A DNA stretch of 64,000 nucleotides from Ascidiella aspersa (taxonomy: Eukaryota), in contig OZ004609.1 of NCBI GenBank assembly GCA_963924565.1, positions 9,548,001-9,612,000 of the forward strand. Reading direction: 5' to 3'. Each line of letters opens with the position of its first letter. Position 1 is the stretch's first letter. Of the stretch, positions 12,701 through 24,500 are shown one piece after another. Made by a program: the position numbers and the translations under genes. A model generated the notes under the pieces. The model did not search any database, was not told the origin of the DNA, and worked only from the letters and a program-made list of their open reading frames with translations.

Positions 12701-15700
12701 TTTGTTTTTCACAGATGTGCTCAAACTTCTCTGCTAAATATAATGTCATCATTACTATGATCCTTTTTTATATATAATGTGGAGTAATATTCATTTAGCT
12801 TTTGGTAGTTAATCAACACTTTCATTGTTTTATTAATGCAAAATAATGCTTTTTCGCATGTTATGGACTGAAAGTCTGAAACTGTAAACATCTGTATTAA
12901 TAACCCAAAGGAAGTAAATGTTTGTTTGCTAGACAGGTATTTTGCTGAACATTAAAAAAATTGCTAATTAGTAACTGTGAGAGACCTCGATTTCAACAAA
13001 TATGAAGTATTTGACAAAAATATTTAAATCAGTTAGGGGGGAGGGGGGTTGAGCACCCGAAGTTCTGCTAAGGGTACTTCGAGAACACTAAGCACGTTAA
13101 ACTTGGCGTCCATGGGTAACATTTAGCAATTTACCAATTTTAGTAGTGTTGAGTTTTATTTTATATATCAAAGGCATGACGTGAAGTTGACTTGCTCTGT
13201 AATGATATAACTGGGATAGTCGGATTTTACTTGGGCAACTGATGACTTGGACTAGGACAGCTTGTTATTTTTGCAAAATAATTGACTTAGCCTTAAGTTA
13301 TCGAAAAATGACCTGTTTACAACACACAAAACAACTTACATAGGTGTGATAAGAACAGCAGCATATTTCACAAGAAACAGTTTTCACTTGGTCACTCTTA
13401 GAGGCCATCTGAAAAAATAAGTACACTTCATATTGAACTACAAAAACAACTTTTACACAAGTATTCGTATCTCTTTCTATGATTTATTATTTTTCAGTGA
13501 ACAATTAATGGTAAAATCCCTGAAACAACAAAAAATCTGCTTATGGAGTATTAATGCCTTTAGCTCGTTAAAATAATAAAATTACTCTGAATTGGTTGAA
13601 AAGTAAATCTTTTTTAGAGTCAGTTTTTTATAATCTTTTAAACCTTATGCCGCACCTGGTTATTTTAGTTAGAACAGTGTTTTTTTATAAAATGCTTGCA
13701 GGTTCGTATTTATAGGTTTCATGGTTGCTTTACCGTTAAATAACTATGGGATGCATTGGCGAAGCCGAACATGAAAATAAAAGCTGATAAAAAGACCTGT
13801 TATATTTTGGAATATTTTTCCTACTTGCCCATGGTGCACCTGGAATTGTTAGGAAGCGCTGCTTTTAGAGTAGTTCGAAGACATAGTAAAAACAGTTTAG
13901 ATTTTATTGTTACATTTTTAAATGTTTTTACAATAAACATTATTTTAAACATAATAGTGTTTGCATCAAATAAGCTCCGAAGACATACCACTTCACTGCC
14001 TTTATTAGCCCTATAAGGGCTGATCACATGTGCTTCCTTGAATATTCTATCTTGGTTTCCTTCATACTCGTAAAATCGCTCCAGGAGCAGTTCCTTGTCC
14101 CAGTTGAAATGGGCGAGTAGAATTCGCAAAGTTGTGGATGGGATCTAAAGTTTAAATCAAAATTGTGAACTGATAATGTTGGCAAATTTTTCACACCTGA
14201 AGATATATTTCAGATCATTAAATTTAGGATGATATTTTTCGGCATCATGAAAATTTAATATACAAAAAACAGGTTGTATAATAAGCCATGGAAACTACAG
14301 CAGATCTCACTGAGATGTGAAGGTTGCACAGCCGTTAAACTTGGGGTAACCAGATGTGTAACAAAGGTCAAAAATGCACCCACTAGTACAATAACATGTG
14401 GAAAAATTGGGTACATTTATTTTTTTTGTAGTTTAGGTTTAGTGGATAATAGGATGACAAACTAGGCATAATATAGGTTTCATGGAGTTTGTCATGGTGG
14501 ACAAACTCAATGTAATTTGAATAAATTGTAGGTTCAATTACAAAAACTTATTGATACATATCTATATATAGAAAATCTGTTTTATCTGCATTGGTTTGGC
14601 AAAAACATAGATTTGTTATATATCAGTAGGCGTCGATGAAAGTGATATCGGTCAACCTCTACAGTAACGAGGTTTTAAAACTTTTTCTGTTGCACAACTT
14701 TTATAGGTAAATTCCATAATATTGTCAGTAAAAGTTAGGCTAAATCAAAATTTGACACAAACTTGTTACAGTTGACCAGTGAGCTAAAACTTTTTTAGCA
14801 TACAGCACATGTGATTTATGTCAACATGATCAACGTAACACTGTCAAATTTAAATGACAGTGGCGCAAGTGGATTTTTTTGTGAAAGTAATTATCCATTA
14901 TCAACAGTTTGAATGTTTCATCATGATTTGATGTGTAATAACTAGGGCGATTATTTTTTGATTTGTCAAAAAAAGTCGTCAAAATTTTCATGTTAGGTCA
15001 AAATTTGTCAAAATTATTTCAAATGAAAATCGATTAAAAATACATATAAATCGCTTATAAAATTAAAAATACAAATATATATTCAGCTTTTTGAAATTGT
15101 CTATCAGAAAAAAAAAGTTTTGAATTAAATTCAATGATATTTTAAGTGTATTCAATCTTCACTAAAGTAATATAGGATATACGCGAGCCAGCAGAATTAA
15201 CTACGCAGGCCTGGTTTATCGCATCAAGTTCAGCTCGAACTTCGTTTTTGCTTTATACAGTTGTGTGTCTCTGATTTTAAGCAATGTATTGAAAAAAAAT
15301 TTGACAAAATTTTAATTTTTCAAGTCAAAATTTCTACTTTATTTGGTCAAAAAATAATCGTCCTAGTCAGGGCTGGGGAGCCACCGTAAAATAGCATTAG
15401 CTCCGGCTCCAGCTCCGGAGCCATCAGGCAATTATTAAATGGCTCCGGCTCCAGCTCCGGAGTCGTAAAACTCAATCCGTTGGCTCCGGCTCCAGCTCCG
15501 GAGTAGAAAAACTCATATCCTTTGGCTCCGGCTCCAGCTCCGGAGCCATCAAACACACACCCAATGACTCCGGCTCCAGCTCCGGTGCCACCAGTCACTT
15601 ATTCAATACCAAGTTTTAAAAATTGCTTTTGGCTAACTAACGTTGGAGATGGAACAAAATATAATTTGTTAGCTTTAGCACCATAAATTGAAAAATGGCT

Positions 15701-16988
15701 CCAGTTCCAAAAAAATAATAAAAAGGGCTCCGGCTCCGGCTCCAGCTCCACAAAAATAATAAAAATGGCTCCGGCTCCGGCTCCAGCTCCACAAAAATAA
15801 TAAAAATGGCTCCGGCTCCGGCTCCAGCTCCACAAAAATAATAATAATGGCTCCGGCTCCGGCTCTGGCTCCAGAGAAAATGCTTGGCTCCGGGCTCCGG
15901 GCTCCAGCTCCGGCTCCGGCTCCCCAGCCCTGGTCCTAGTAATAACTAATAATACCTAAGGCTTGTTAAATAGAATTGTAATTGTGTGGACTTGTTGTTG
16001 CTTTTAAAGTATATATACTATGTAAAAGTCAAATATTTATGTTTTGATCTCATCCAAACAGGCAGGGTTCTAACATCAAGAAAAACAAAAAGTGCACAGT
16101 TTGTTTTATTTTTATTTATTTTAATGCAATAATATAAAGGCCCACTTGCAGGATTTTGAGAACCATACTTTAAAAACCTCTGCAGTAAATTATTAGTAAT
16201 TTTAGTAGGATTATCATTGCTTACTAAAAGAAGTCATTACTATGGTCATGCAAAATTTATCAAACTGAAATGTGCAAACATAAAGCTTGGGTTGTTAGGC
16301 AAAAAAGGCTTTCGTGTTTGAAAACTTGGTTCCCTAAATAAAGTTATTAAACTATTTTCCTGAAAAATCTGTAAAAATGCTTTTACAAGTGTAAAAAAAA
16401 AAGCCGAGTTTATTAACCCAACCAACCCACGACATATTTCCATGAAGATGAATTACAGTTGAAATGTTGTCAAAATGCAGTTCAAAACCAACCTTTGATG
16501 AAAACTGTGCAAGAATTTATCAAGGCTCAGTAGTTTTTATTGCATAGTTATTTATCTTTCTTTCGATTAACGACATCATCAAGGTGATAAAGCTTGACAA
16601 AAAAAAGGTTTACATCCGGCCTGCAATCGTAAATACTTATCTGGTCTGCGATGGTCAGGCCTTGGAAGTTATCCGGCCATTTTGAATAAAAGTTGGTGCC
16701 CCCTGACTTAGAACAATATCTACAAATCAGATTGAACAGCAAAATATTTAACGCAAGACCTACATTAACTATTTCTTTCACTTCTTTAATCATCGCGCCC
16801 ATCAAGTGAACGACCTCCTCCAGCGACAAACATCGGTAAGGGAAGATCTCCTGGTGGGCCGAAACTCCTTCCTCTTCGACAGAGGGATCCCCGAAACCCT
16901 CATCGACTTCCACTTGATCGATCTCATCAAGGTCTTCATCGTCTTGTTCCTCATCTTCCCCTTCATAGTAACAGTCATCCGAGTCCAT
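629..16988 (-). CDS. ARIH1: E3 ubiquitin-protein ligase Ariadne-1 (RBR family), first 9 coding exons; 3' part lies beyond the left edge
   Basis: Exons 16988-16764, 14144-13989, 13408-13340, 10506-10414, 8067-8012, 7688-7622, 6609-6460, 2913-2764 and 739-629 all have GT..AG boundaries and join in frame. They encode an acidic N-terminus, UBA-like [22 protein letters not shown]1, IBR ([25 protein letters not shown]) and RING2 ([42 protein letters not shown]), the ARIH1 signature. Confidence 0.96.
1746..2238 (-). mobile_element. Non-autonomous hAT (Charlie/Buster-like) element
   Basis: TIRs CAGTGGTTCTCAAAC / GTTTCAGAAACACTG and perfect 8-bp TSD ATTTATAG. Retains a transposase-like C-terminus, ..[17 protein letters not shown]-stop. 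Confidence 0.88.
2764..2913 (-). CDS. ARIH1: ARIH1 exon 8 (RING2/Rcat with the catalytic Cys)
   Basis: 150 nt, [50 protein letters not shown]. Confidence 0.96.
3621..6156. mobile_element. Non-autonomous hAT (Tip100-like termini) element containing nested insertions
   Basis: TIRs CAAGGACGGATTAA / TTAATCCGGCCCTG and perfect 8-bp TSD GCACTGTT. Confidence 0.85.
4325..4547. mobile_element. Small MITE (Harbinger-like termini) with three ~22-bp internal repeats
   Basis: GGTTGATTCACACTAGACGC .. GCATTTAGTGTGAACCAAC; internal TTTGCCGTGAACGCTGGCAAA x3. Confidence 0.6.
6460..6609 (-). CDS. ARIH1: ARIH1 exon 7 (IBR domain)
   Basis: 150 nt, [50 protein letters not shown]. Confidence 0.95.
7141..7360 (+). 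mobile_element. tRNA-derived SINE or tRNA pseudogene with a downstream A-tract
   Basis: Acceptor-like AGCCCG/CAGGCT, D-arm and A-box TAGCTCTATTGGTAGAGC, degenerate TTCGAA T-loop, broken anticodon arm; A10 at 7351-7360. Confidence 0.55.
7622..7688 (-). CDS. ARIH1: ARIH1 exon 6
   Basis: 67 nt, [22 protein letters not shown]. Confidence 0.93.
8012..8067 (-). CDS. ARIH1: ARIH1 exon 5 (end of RING1)
   Basis: 56 nt, [18 protein letters not shown](M); phase-2 GTAAGT donor. Confidence 0.92.
8328..8461. repeat. 69-bp tandem duplication inside a hAT end
   Basis: CCGGTGCGCCATGGAAGG..GCAGGTATAA repeated at 8328 and 8397. Confidence 0.9.
8789..9722. mobile_element. Nested hAT (Charlie-like) non-autonomous element
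   Basis: CAGACCTGGGCAA .. TTACCCACCCTG with GGCCCG subterminal repeats; perfect TSD CTTTAAAG. Confidence 0.82.
10414..10506 (-). CDS. ARIH1: ARIH1 exon 4 (RING1)
   Basis: 93 nt, [31 protein letters not shown]. Confidence 0.93.
11160..11400 (-). pseudogene. Possible frameshifted relic of a hAT transposase C-terminus
   Basis: LPFAT in one frame followed by ILNEGRFS in the next resembles the Charlie/Buster LPFATTYLCEAGFS motif. Confidence 0.35.
12194..12551. mobile_element. hAT MITE with GGACTC/GAGTC subterminal repeats
   Basis: TIR CAGGGCTGCGGAGTCGG / CCGACCCCGCAGCCCTG; TSD GGTGACAT/GGTCACAT. Confidence 0.85.
13340..13408 (-). CDS. ARIH1: ARIH1 exon 3 (start of RING1)
   Basis: 69 nt, [23 protein letters not shown]; TTTTCAG acceptor and GTAAGT donor. 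Confidence 0.88.
13989..14144 (-). CDS. ARIH1: ARIH1 exon 2 (UBA-like region)
   Basis: 156 nt, [26 protein letters not shown]..; AG acceptor and GTATGT donor. Confidence 0.92.
14943..15365. mobile_element. hAT MITE
   Basis: TIR TAGGGCGATTATTTTTTGA / TCAAAAAATAATCGTCCTA; TSD GTAATAAC at 14935-14942 and (displaced) 15939-15946. Confidence 0.82.
15368..15932. mobile_element. hAT MITE rich in GGCTCCGGCTCCAGCTCC repeats
   Basis: TIR CAGGGCTGGGGAGCC / GGCTCCCCAGCCCTG; perfect TSD GTCCTAGT; ~41-bp internal units. Confidence 0.9.
16764..16988 (-). CDS. ARIH1: ARIH1 coding exon 1 (acidic N-terminus, [15 protein letters not shown])
   Basis: ATG at 16988, 75 codons, followed by a GTAG donor. Confidence 0.93.
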
Positions 16989-19847
16989 TAAGTCGGCGTT
17001 CTTTTGCTCTCGCTTTCACGCTGAGCCTCACAACTATTATTTACTTATGTTGGGCATGATCTAAGTTGAAATTATTTGAAACTACCTGCTGGAGAAATAT
17101 AGGTTTTTTGTCAAGCATGCTAAGTATTTCATAAAAATAACGTTTTTAATAAAACAACAAAATACATCATTCAATATATAGGTTACATAATACAGAGTTC
17201 CTAGATTGGAAGCTTTAGATTTTGCACGGGGGAGACGATTTTGCAGCTTGAAATTGCCCATCTTAATCTGCCCAAATTTGCGCTGCTGTAATAGGGTTCC
17301 TCTCCGGAAATATTTCGACGGGAAAAACTGCGTTTTTTTGTTATATAAAAACCAAAAAAGGGTGCTGACTTTAATACGAGAAGGTCTTGTAAGATTGCAG
17401 AAGCAAGATTACAGAACATAAATGAGCTTAATTAAATCTTTGGAGCCAATATAAAATAATTTTATAGTCATAATGACGTAATTTTAGGTATAATTTTTTT
17501 GTCGGGAATCCCGGGAATTTTTATTTTTCAATCCCATTTCCCGGGAGTGAAAAAATCCACTATTTGTAAAATTTGCACGGCTGAAAAGCGAGTACTATAC
17601 TGAAAACCGTCATTACTTTCCAACCTGGCAGGGTTCACAATAAATTATATTTTAAACCAGCTAATCAGCACTCAGTTACACTTGCCTAAGAATAAAGGAA
17701 TTGCTGTCATATTTATTTGTTTTTGCCAATGGTTGAACCTTTTTTCGGTATGCAAATGGGTCTTCTAGGAAAAGTTCATGTTTAGTTATATGCATGGAAG
17801 GCCAAATGTAATTAACAGTAACGGTAAAGAAATTTCACTCCAAACTAAATAAACAACTCAACCAAGTTAATATTACTTTAAACTATATATATGGGGTATT
17901 CACAGAAATAGAAGATTTATCGTCGCTAGCAACATTATGTACAAATTAATAAAACAAATATATTTCTTTGTTAATTTGAGAAAAGCTTTCAGAATAGCCC
18001 AGCAACTCGTTAACCATTATTTATGAAGTAATTTGCCCACTCCACTGCATGCAAAAAACTTTATACTCTGGCATGTCTGCTAAGCTAATTAAATCTAATG
18101 TCATATTTTTAGGGAACCACATCGGAAGGTTATAGAGAGGCTGTAGAGGACGTCATATTATTTGTTCTTATTATCCGAAACTTAGTTTTATAACCAACTT
18201 TATGACGTGACCCAAACGCAGTCCTTTCACTTTAAAACATTGACCATGTGTACAACATTGTTCCCATAAAGCCAAACAAGACTTAACAAAACTTGACTAT
18301 CACTTAACTGAACTGAACGCAACTCAAAAATGACTCAACTCATTCAACCAAAAAAATCTAACGGGCGAAAGTTATTAGTGGACTGTTACTACTGCGCTAC
18401 GGACCTCTTTCGCTACAAGTTTAGCCGTGCAAGGCAACTGGTGCACCATTGAGACATTTTTGGCACTGGTCTACAATCTTACCACATTTTCATCCAAAAA
18501 TTCATAATTACTAACATTATTTTGGGTAAGATTGCCAGTAAGCGAAGTTTGGATGGGTTGGGTAGACTTATTAATATATTTATTCTCCCATTTTTATTAC
18601 AATGTCGACATCATCTTAATAAAGACGTTTCGATGAGCACTTCACCGGTGTATCATCATCACTGATGATTCATCAGTTCATGCGTTTAAGACTTTTTGTT
18701 CTCAAAAAGTTTAAACACTTAGATAAATCCAAACAGTTGTCAGACAAGGGTTATTTATTGATTTTTAAAGCGACACGCTTTGGAGTAATTGCAAGGGTTT
18801 AACGAACAAAGGCAAGCAACACTACTCAGCAACAACTTTGACATTAAACAAAATAATGTCAAAAAGCCAAACAAAGGTGTTGTCATGGATGAGTAGGTCA
18901 ATAGAAAACGGTCCATTCAATCTTACCATATTTAGAAAAGCAGTGTCTGTAAAATTTAATTTCGTTATTGCACCATTTGTCGCTATAAGCTACCACAACA
19001 AACTTTTTCAACCACTGGTATTTTGTTCGTTTCGATTCCCAGATTTAATTAATCAATCACAATTACGTAAAAAAAGATTACATTGTCAGGCGAAGTAAGT
19101 GGGGCGTAAAAAGATGTCAAGCGGAACATATCGTCATTTATGCAAATAAGGGTCATTGCAATTTGTTTATTGTTCCAAATCAACAACTCATAAAGAATGG
19201 TTGACTTAAAGACGATTTTTACTATTGCTGGATATTATATAATGAAATGTTTTAAGCTACATTATATACGACCAATAATAGTTGGGCATTGGGAAAAAAT
19301 TGTACCGTTGCCCTATTTTAGGCAACTTAGTGATATCTGTAGCGATATTGAATCACAAATACACCCCATTATTGCTAGATATCCAAATTTTATAGAAGAT
19401 TGATTTTAACAACTGGCAAATCAACACCATGGGAAAAAACAGAGTTTGCAGTTTTCTGCGCACATTTTTGTTGTGTTCACTGTTAGGTTTCAAAGGTTAA
19501 CATTTCTGTTTTTCTGATCAGCGCATCATATAAACACAGAGTTAGATGTACATGACTTAGGTAAACTTACCGACGAGAAAAACCTCTGGTCACGCTAGTG
19601 AAGTTGCAAAAGCTTACTACAAGCATCATAATTGGAACGTTACAATTAACCTCCTATGACAAAACTAGAAATTAATGTTTGTTGTGATGTCACAATCCAA
19701 CATTTATTAACTGCAGGAATAAATTTTATTTTTGGGGACTTTTTTGCTTTGTTGACAATGCAAAAATCTTTGTTGGCGAACTCCTAGTTCAAAAACCCTC
19801 GTAAAATCATTCGATTTTATCGAAAACCCTGCGAAAGCAAATCTACA

Positions 19848-21546
19848 ATGACGGTAAGTGCAACATCAAACGTTTACTATCCATTAAAAAGATAAAAACT
19901 TAAAAAAAAAAAATATATATGGACATTTGTTGCATGGTTTATTTGAAAATGTAGACATTTGTTCTGTTTTTCAGGTACTTGTATTTTGTATATCTGACAT
20001 TATATATCACTACTGTATTCGCATTACGCACCTATAGTTTAAAATATTCGAATTAGTTATTCGTAACTGTTATAATTGCATTTATAGGACCCGTTCGACC
20101 CTGTTGAGGCTGCAAGTCTCCCGGATGAACTTGTCTTTCCAACCGACCGAGCTAAGACTTCCAAGGTAAGACCGGGGCATGTTTTACAAATATTTTTTCC
20201 ATGTTTTTATATAATAACTACGATTTACGACACATATGTCATTTTTTTGATACAAAAGAATCCTTACCGCTTGTGGTCGAGACTATTTGTATTGTGACAT
20301 CACAAATGAAACTTTTTGCTGTTATTTTGCTATATTAATTTAATTTGTGCCATAACTGCATTGATAAATCCTTAAATATGTATTGTTTGTTTGTGACTGA
20401 CTACAGTTTTAATTTAATTTGGGTCCTTAAAGTGTTTTACCCATGCCATGGAAGTTTTTCAGCGTTGACATCACACAGCTACGTCATAAGGTGACATTTA
20501 AATTTAAAACTGAAAAACTGACCATAAAAAAGTAACCGGATGAACATCACACAGTTCGTTTATTTGGTTAAAGTTTTTGATTGTACAGGTGTGACTTTTA
20601 ATACAAAAGTTATAACAATGTAATCGATTAGCCATTAGTGCAAAGCGCTAAACGCCGCATTTGTATCGTTTAAGTTATCCAAACTTTATTTTCGATGTCA
20701 CAATAGGATGTACGACTAAACGATTTTATAAAAATGGAAAGAAATCCAGAAACTTAAAAGAGTCGTAGTTTTTTTTTTAATTTGCTTAGTTGAAATAGGC
20801 AAAAACTACAGTTTGGGGGGTGGGGCATTTCCAGGTACCCCCCACCCTGGATCCGCCCCTGCAAGCTACTGAAAACACTAATAAACCCGGTGCTGATGTT
20901 GTAATATCGCCCACTACTCTAGAAATATTTAAAAGGCCGTAAAAACATTCATCAGCTCACTTTAAGATAGACTTTTTTGACGCCCACCACAGTCGGAAGA
21001 CATTGTTGGGCCGAACCAATTATTATCTATTTATTAGGAAATTAGCAAAGTTTGACCGATATCCAACTTGTGTAGCGTTTTATTTGTGTTGATAGACGCA
21101 CAATGACAACAGACCTATAGGCATATATCACTCAGAAGCAGGGCTTTTAAGAGTTTTATTCAGGGACCGGAAAAAACATATTTTAGAACAGTTTTTCTTA
21201 GCCTTTTTACGCGGTGACTCAACTATGAATGCGTAAAATTATATTAGCAAAGCTTCGGCCACTCAGTTCCCCCACACTGAAAAATTTAGTAAGCGAACAT
21301 AAACATACAAAATTATCAATAATAGTTCGAATTTAATTGATATGACCAAAATTAAGTCGCGACCCTGAGAAAAACTCCTTTGGACCGAATATCAGCGAAA
21401 TATAAAACTTAAAAGATCCTGGCTATAAGCGTTGGAAATATTTATTTGATTTTGGTGGCTATCTTTAGAAGTCCTTCGATTCTGGTGAAGCAGTTGGTCT
21501 CTCGGATCAACTTGTCTTCATGGCAGACGAAGCTCAGCCTTTAAAG
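19848..21546 (+). CDS. 5' module A of the giant gene: start exon (ATG ACG, 19848-19853) plus 78-nt exons 20088-20165 and 21469-21546
   Basis: ATGACG|GTAAGT; exons encode DPFDPVEAASLPDELVFPTDRAKTSK and KSFDSGEAVGLSDQLVFMADEAQPLK; paralogous to module B. Confidence 0.72.
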
Positions 21547-24500
21547 GTTAGGCAAGCTTATGTTTACTTTTGTTTTACTATTGTTTAAATAAGCTATCTA
21601 GTAAAATTGGAGCTATTTAACCAGGTGTTTATGTATTTATAATTTTTTTGTGTCTCACATTTACTTTAGCTCTTTATCTCTATTCAGCGGTAGCAGTATT
21701 TAACTTTATTTCGTACACTTTATTTTTGTAACGTAGTTTATAATTGTGTTCTTACGTCAACAAATATGTGAATCGTGCGCTTAATTTAGCGTTATTTTGT
21801 TCGTATGCTGTCCGAATATACGTCATTAAATTTGCAATATGCTTTACTTTGTGTCTCACAGTAAATTTAGCTTTTTATCTCAGTTCAGCGGTAGAAGTTT
21901 TTAACTTTATTTTTTGACAAGCTAGTAAAAAATTTCCACATTGCTTTAATTAGGCATTTCTGATACTCAACATTTTATCTTGACGCCGGTTATTTTGTAT
22001 AGAAAGTGTTCTGACCTGATCTGATACCAAATGACATTATATAAATGTTATACAAAATCTATGAAATTATAACGTTTAAAGATAACTTTGTATTTTGCTC
22101 TAATTTGCGTTACTTTTACTTTACATAGCTTTAATTGCTAATTTTTATTTTCGATATATTTGCCACAAATCATGGATTTTTTTAATTAAACTGTTATCGG
22201 ATAACAGCTTTGAATCCTAATATTGAAACCATATTGGAATGTTTTTTTCTTCCGCGTTTTTTTAAGTCCGCGATTATAAAACAGTAAAAACAAAGTAGTT
22301 CTTAACGAAGCACATGTTTTCGTAGTGACTGGGTCCTGGCTATTCGACCTTAAACATAGATATTTCTGTATATTTTTTTGCCGATACGCTATAAAAGCCT
22401 ACAAATAATTATAATATTCCAAAGTTTTAAATTGCGTAATAACCAGCGCTGACTTGTCATTTTAAAGCTAGCCTGTAATGTATCAAACGTATTGTTTTTG
22501 TTGTTTAATAGTTTATGCTATTTTCGCTACGTTTAGATCAATGAATTTATTGTTGGTCGTGACAGCAAAAAAAATGGATTCTTTTAGTTTTTGGTTTATT
22601 TTTTGGTGTAAATTTCTAAAACGATTGGAATTATTGAGATGTTTTAAAAACTCGTATTTATGGCCTAATGTGACAAGCCGTATAGAAAAATAAGCTAAAT
22701 CGTTCCGAAAAAATTGGTGATTGTTCTGCTGTGCTTTTATATGTTTGTTCGGAAAAAAGTGTTTGTTTGGAAATTTTTAAATACGAAGCTCAAACAACGG
22801 TACCGTCTCCAGGCTAAGAAAACTGCTGTTTGCTGTTCTTTATGCAGTCAACATAACCAATAACAAGTGTTGTAGTCGATGTGCATTCAACACATTGTAA
22901 AAACAGTTATTGACAACCACTTTTATCTATTTTTGTGTTACCGTACTGCTTTGATTTGTTTCTGCTGTAGTCAGATAACGTAGTGTGTATCAGACATGGA
23001 CAACTAGATTTATTTTAGCTTTTTAAAATTAGATTAGAATTAAAATTAGGGCATTTTGAGTTTTCTCAAATTAGATTAGAATTAGAATTACCGAATTCTT
23101 AAAAAACGAATTTGAACTAGAATTTAAACTAAAATTACATTTCATTATTCACAATTAATTTCAATAAATCGAGAAGTATTTTAATAGGAATGTGCAAGTC
23201 AATTATGTGTGTGCTAATTTTTGAGCATTTTAGCATGGCATATGAATTTTAGTCCGTGAAAATTACGTTTCAAACTAAGAGTTTGAATTCAAATTCTTTG
23301 TTTTCACTAAGAGACTAAAAATGTCGTTGGACAAAGTAGGATTTTTAGTAAAATCCGAATTAGATTAGAACAAGAATTAGAGCACACAAGAAATTCACAA
23401 ATTAGATTAGAATTAGAATTAGCCGCGTTTTGCTCTAATTCATTAAATTAGAAAACTAGAATTATCTAGTTGTCCAAGTCTGGTGTGTATAGCTCCTATG
23501 TACGATAGGTGATATTTTATGTAAGGGATGCGGTCACCAATTTGCAGCCTCAAAGAAAAAAGCCTGTAATAATATATGTACGTTAGAACTCTAGTTCACC
23601 TGTTGTTTTATGTACAATCTTCACATATCCTAAAATATTTTTGTGCAGCTTTCTTTTTTGTTTATTATAATGTTAATTGGATTATCTTAATATGTTGTGA
23701 AACACCTTACACATATTGAAGATGTTGATACTAAATTAAGAAGTAATTTTTGAAGTGTGAATATACTATGGAATAACAATTATATGTATTCTTATGAAAC
23801 CGTATTATAATAATTAACAGAGTCATTTTTGTTATGCTTGGAAAAGTATCTTAATTGAGTCTTAGGCTATCCTTAGAAAAATAAACGCCTCATTAAGGAG
23901 TTTGCATTGGCCCCTACTAAATTTTACGGCTCGCGGTATATTTTCCTTATGAACAAAAGTTCGGTTTAAGTGTTTTTCGAATGAAAATGCAAACTAAATT
24001 ACAATGAAATGCTAACATGGAGTACAATTTCATAAAGTTCACTATAGGTATAGTTTTCAGGTTTAAATAAAAAAATACAATATTATTTCCAATTACTTAC
24101 ACCAGCGTTTTTCGCAAAAAAACAATTAATTAATTAAAACTTTCCTGCACCAGTACCTAAAAAGCATCAATATCTTAAAATAAATTATCTATAGACCATA
24201 TATATAGTATTAAGAACGGCGACAAGATACAGACAAATCCAAAGTAATATCTCGAGATATGAACTAAAATCAACGAGATATGAACTAAAATCGTGTAAAT
24301 AGGACCTAAAGTCGCCACAATAAGTCTTAAACCCCTCGGAATAACATTTGAATTGCCTATGTAACATCCAATTAGTTTAGGAAGTTGTGTATCGGGACGT
24401 TTGAGCGCCGCTGTTCTGGCATCGAAGTTGCGCCGTGGTTTTAACAGACACGTTATACGACGAGACGGGCATGCGACCATTTTTTGCACAATGTGCACCA

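Noticed and set aside
15347-15835. ORFs with GAGAGA/ELEPEP repeats
   Set aside because: Translations of GGCTCC subterminal repeats inside a TSD-flanked MITE.
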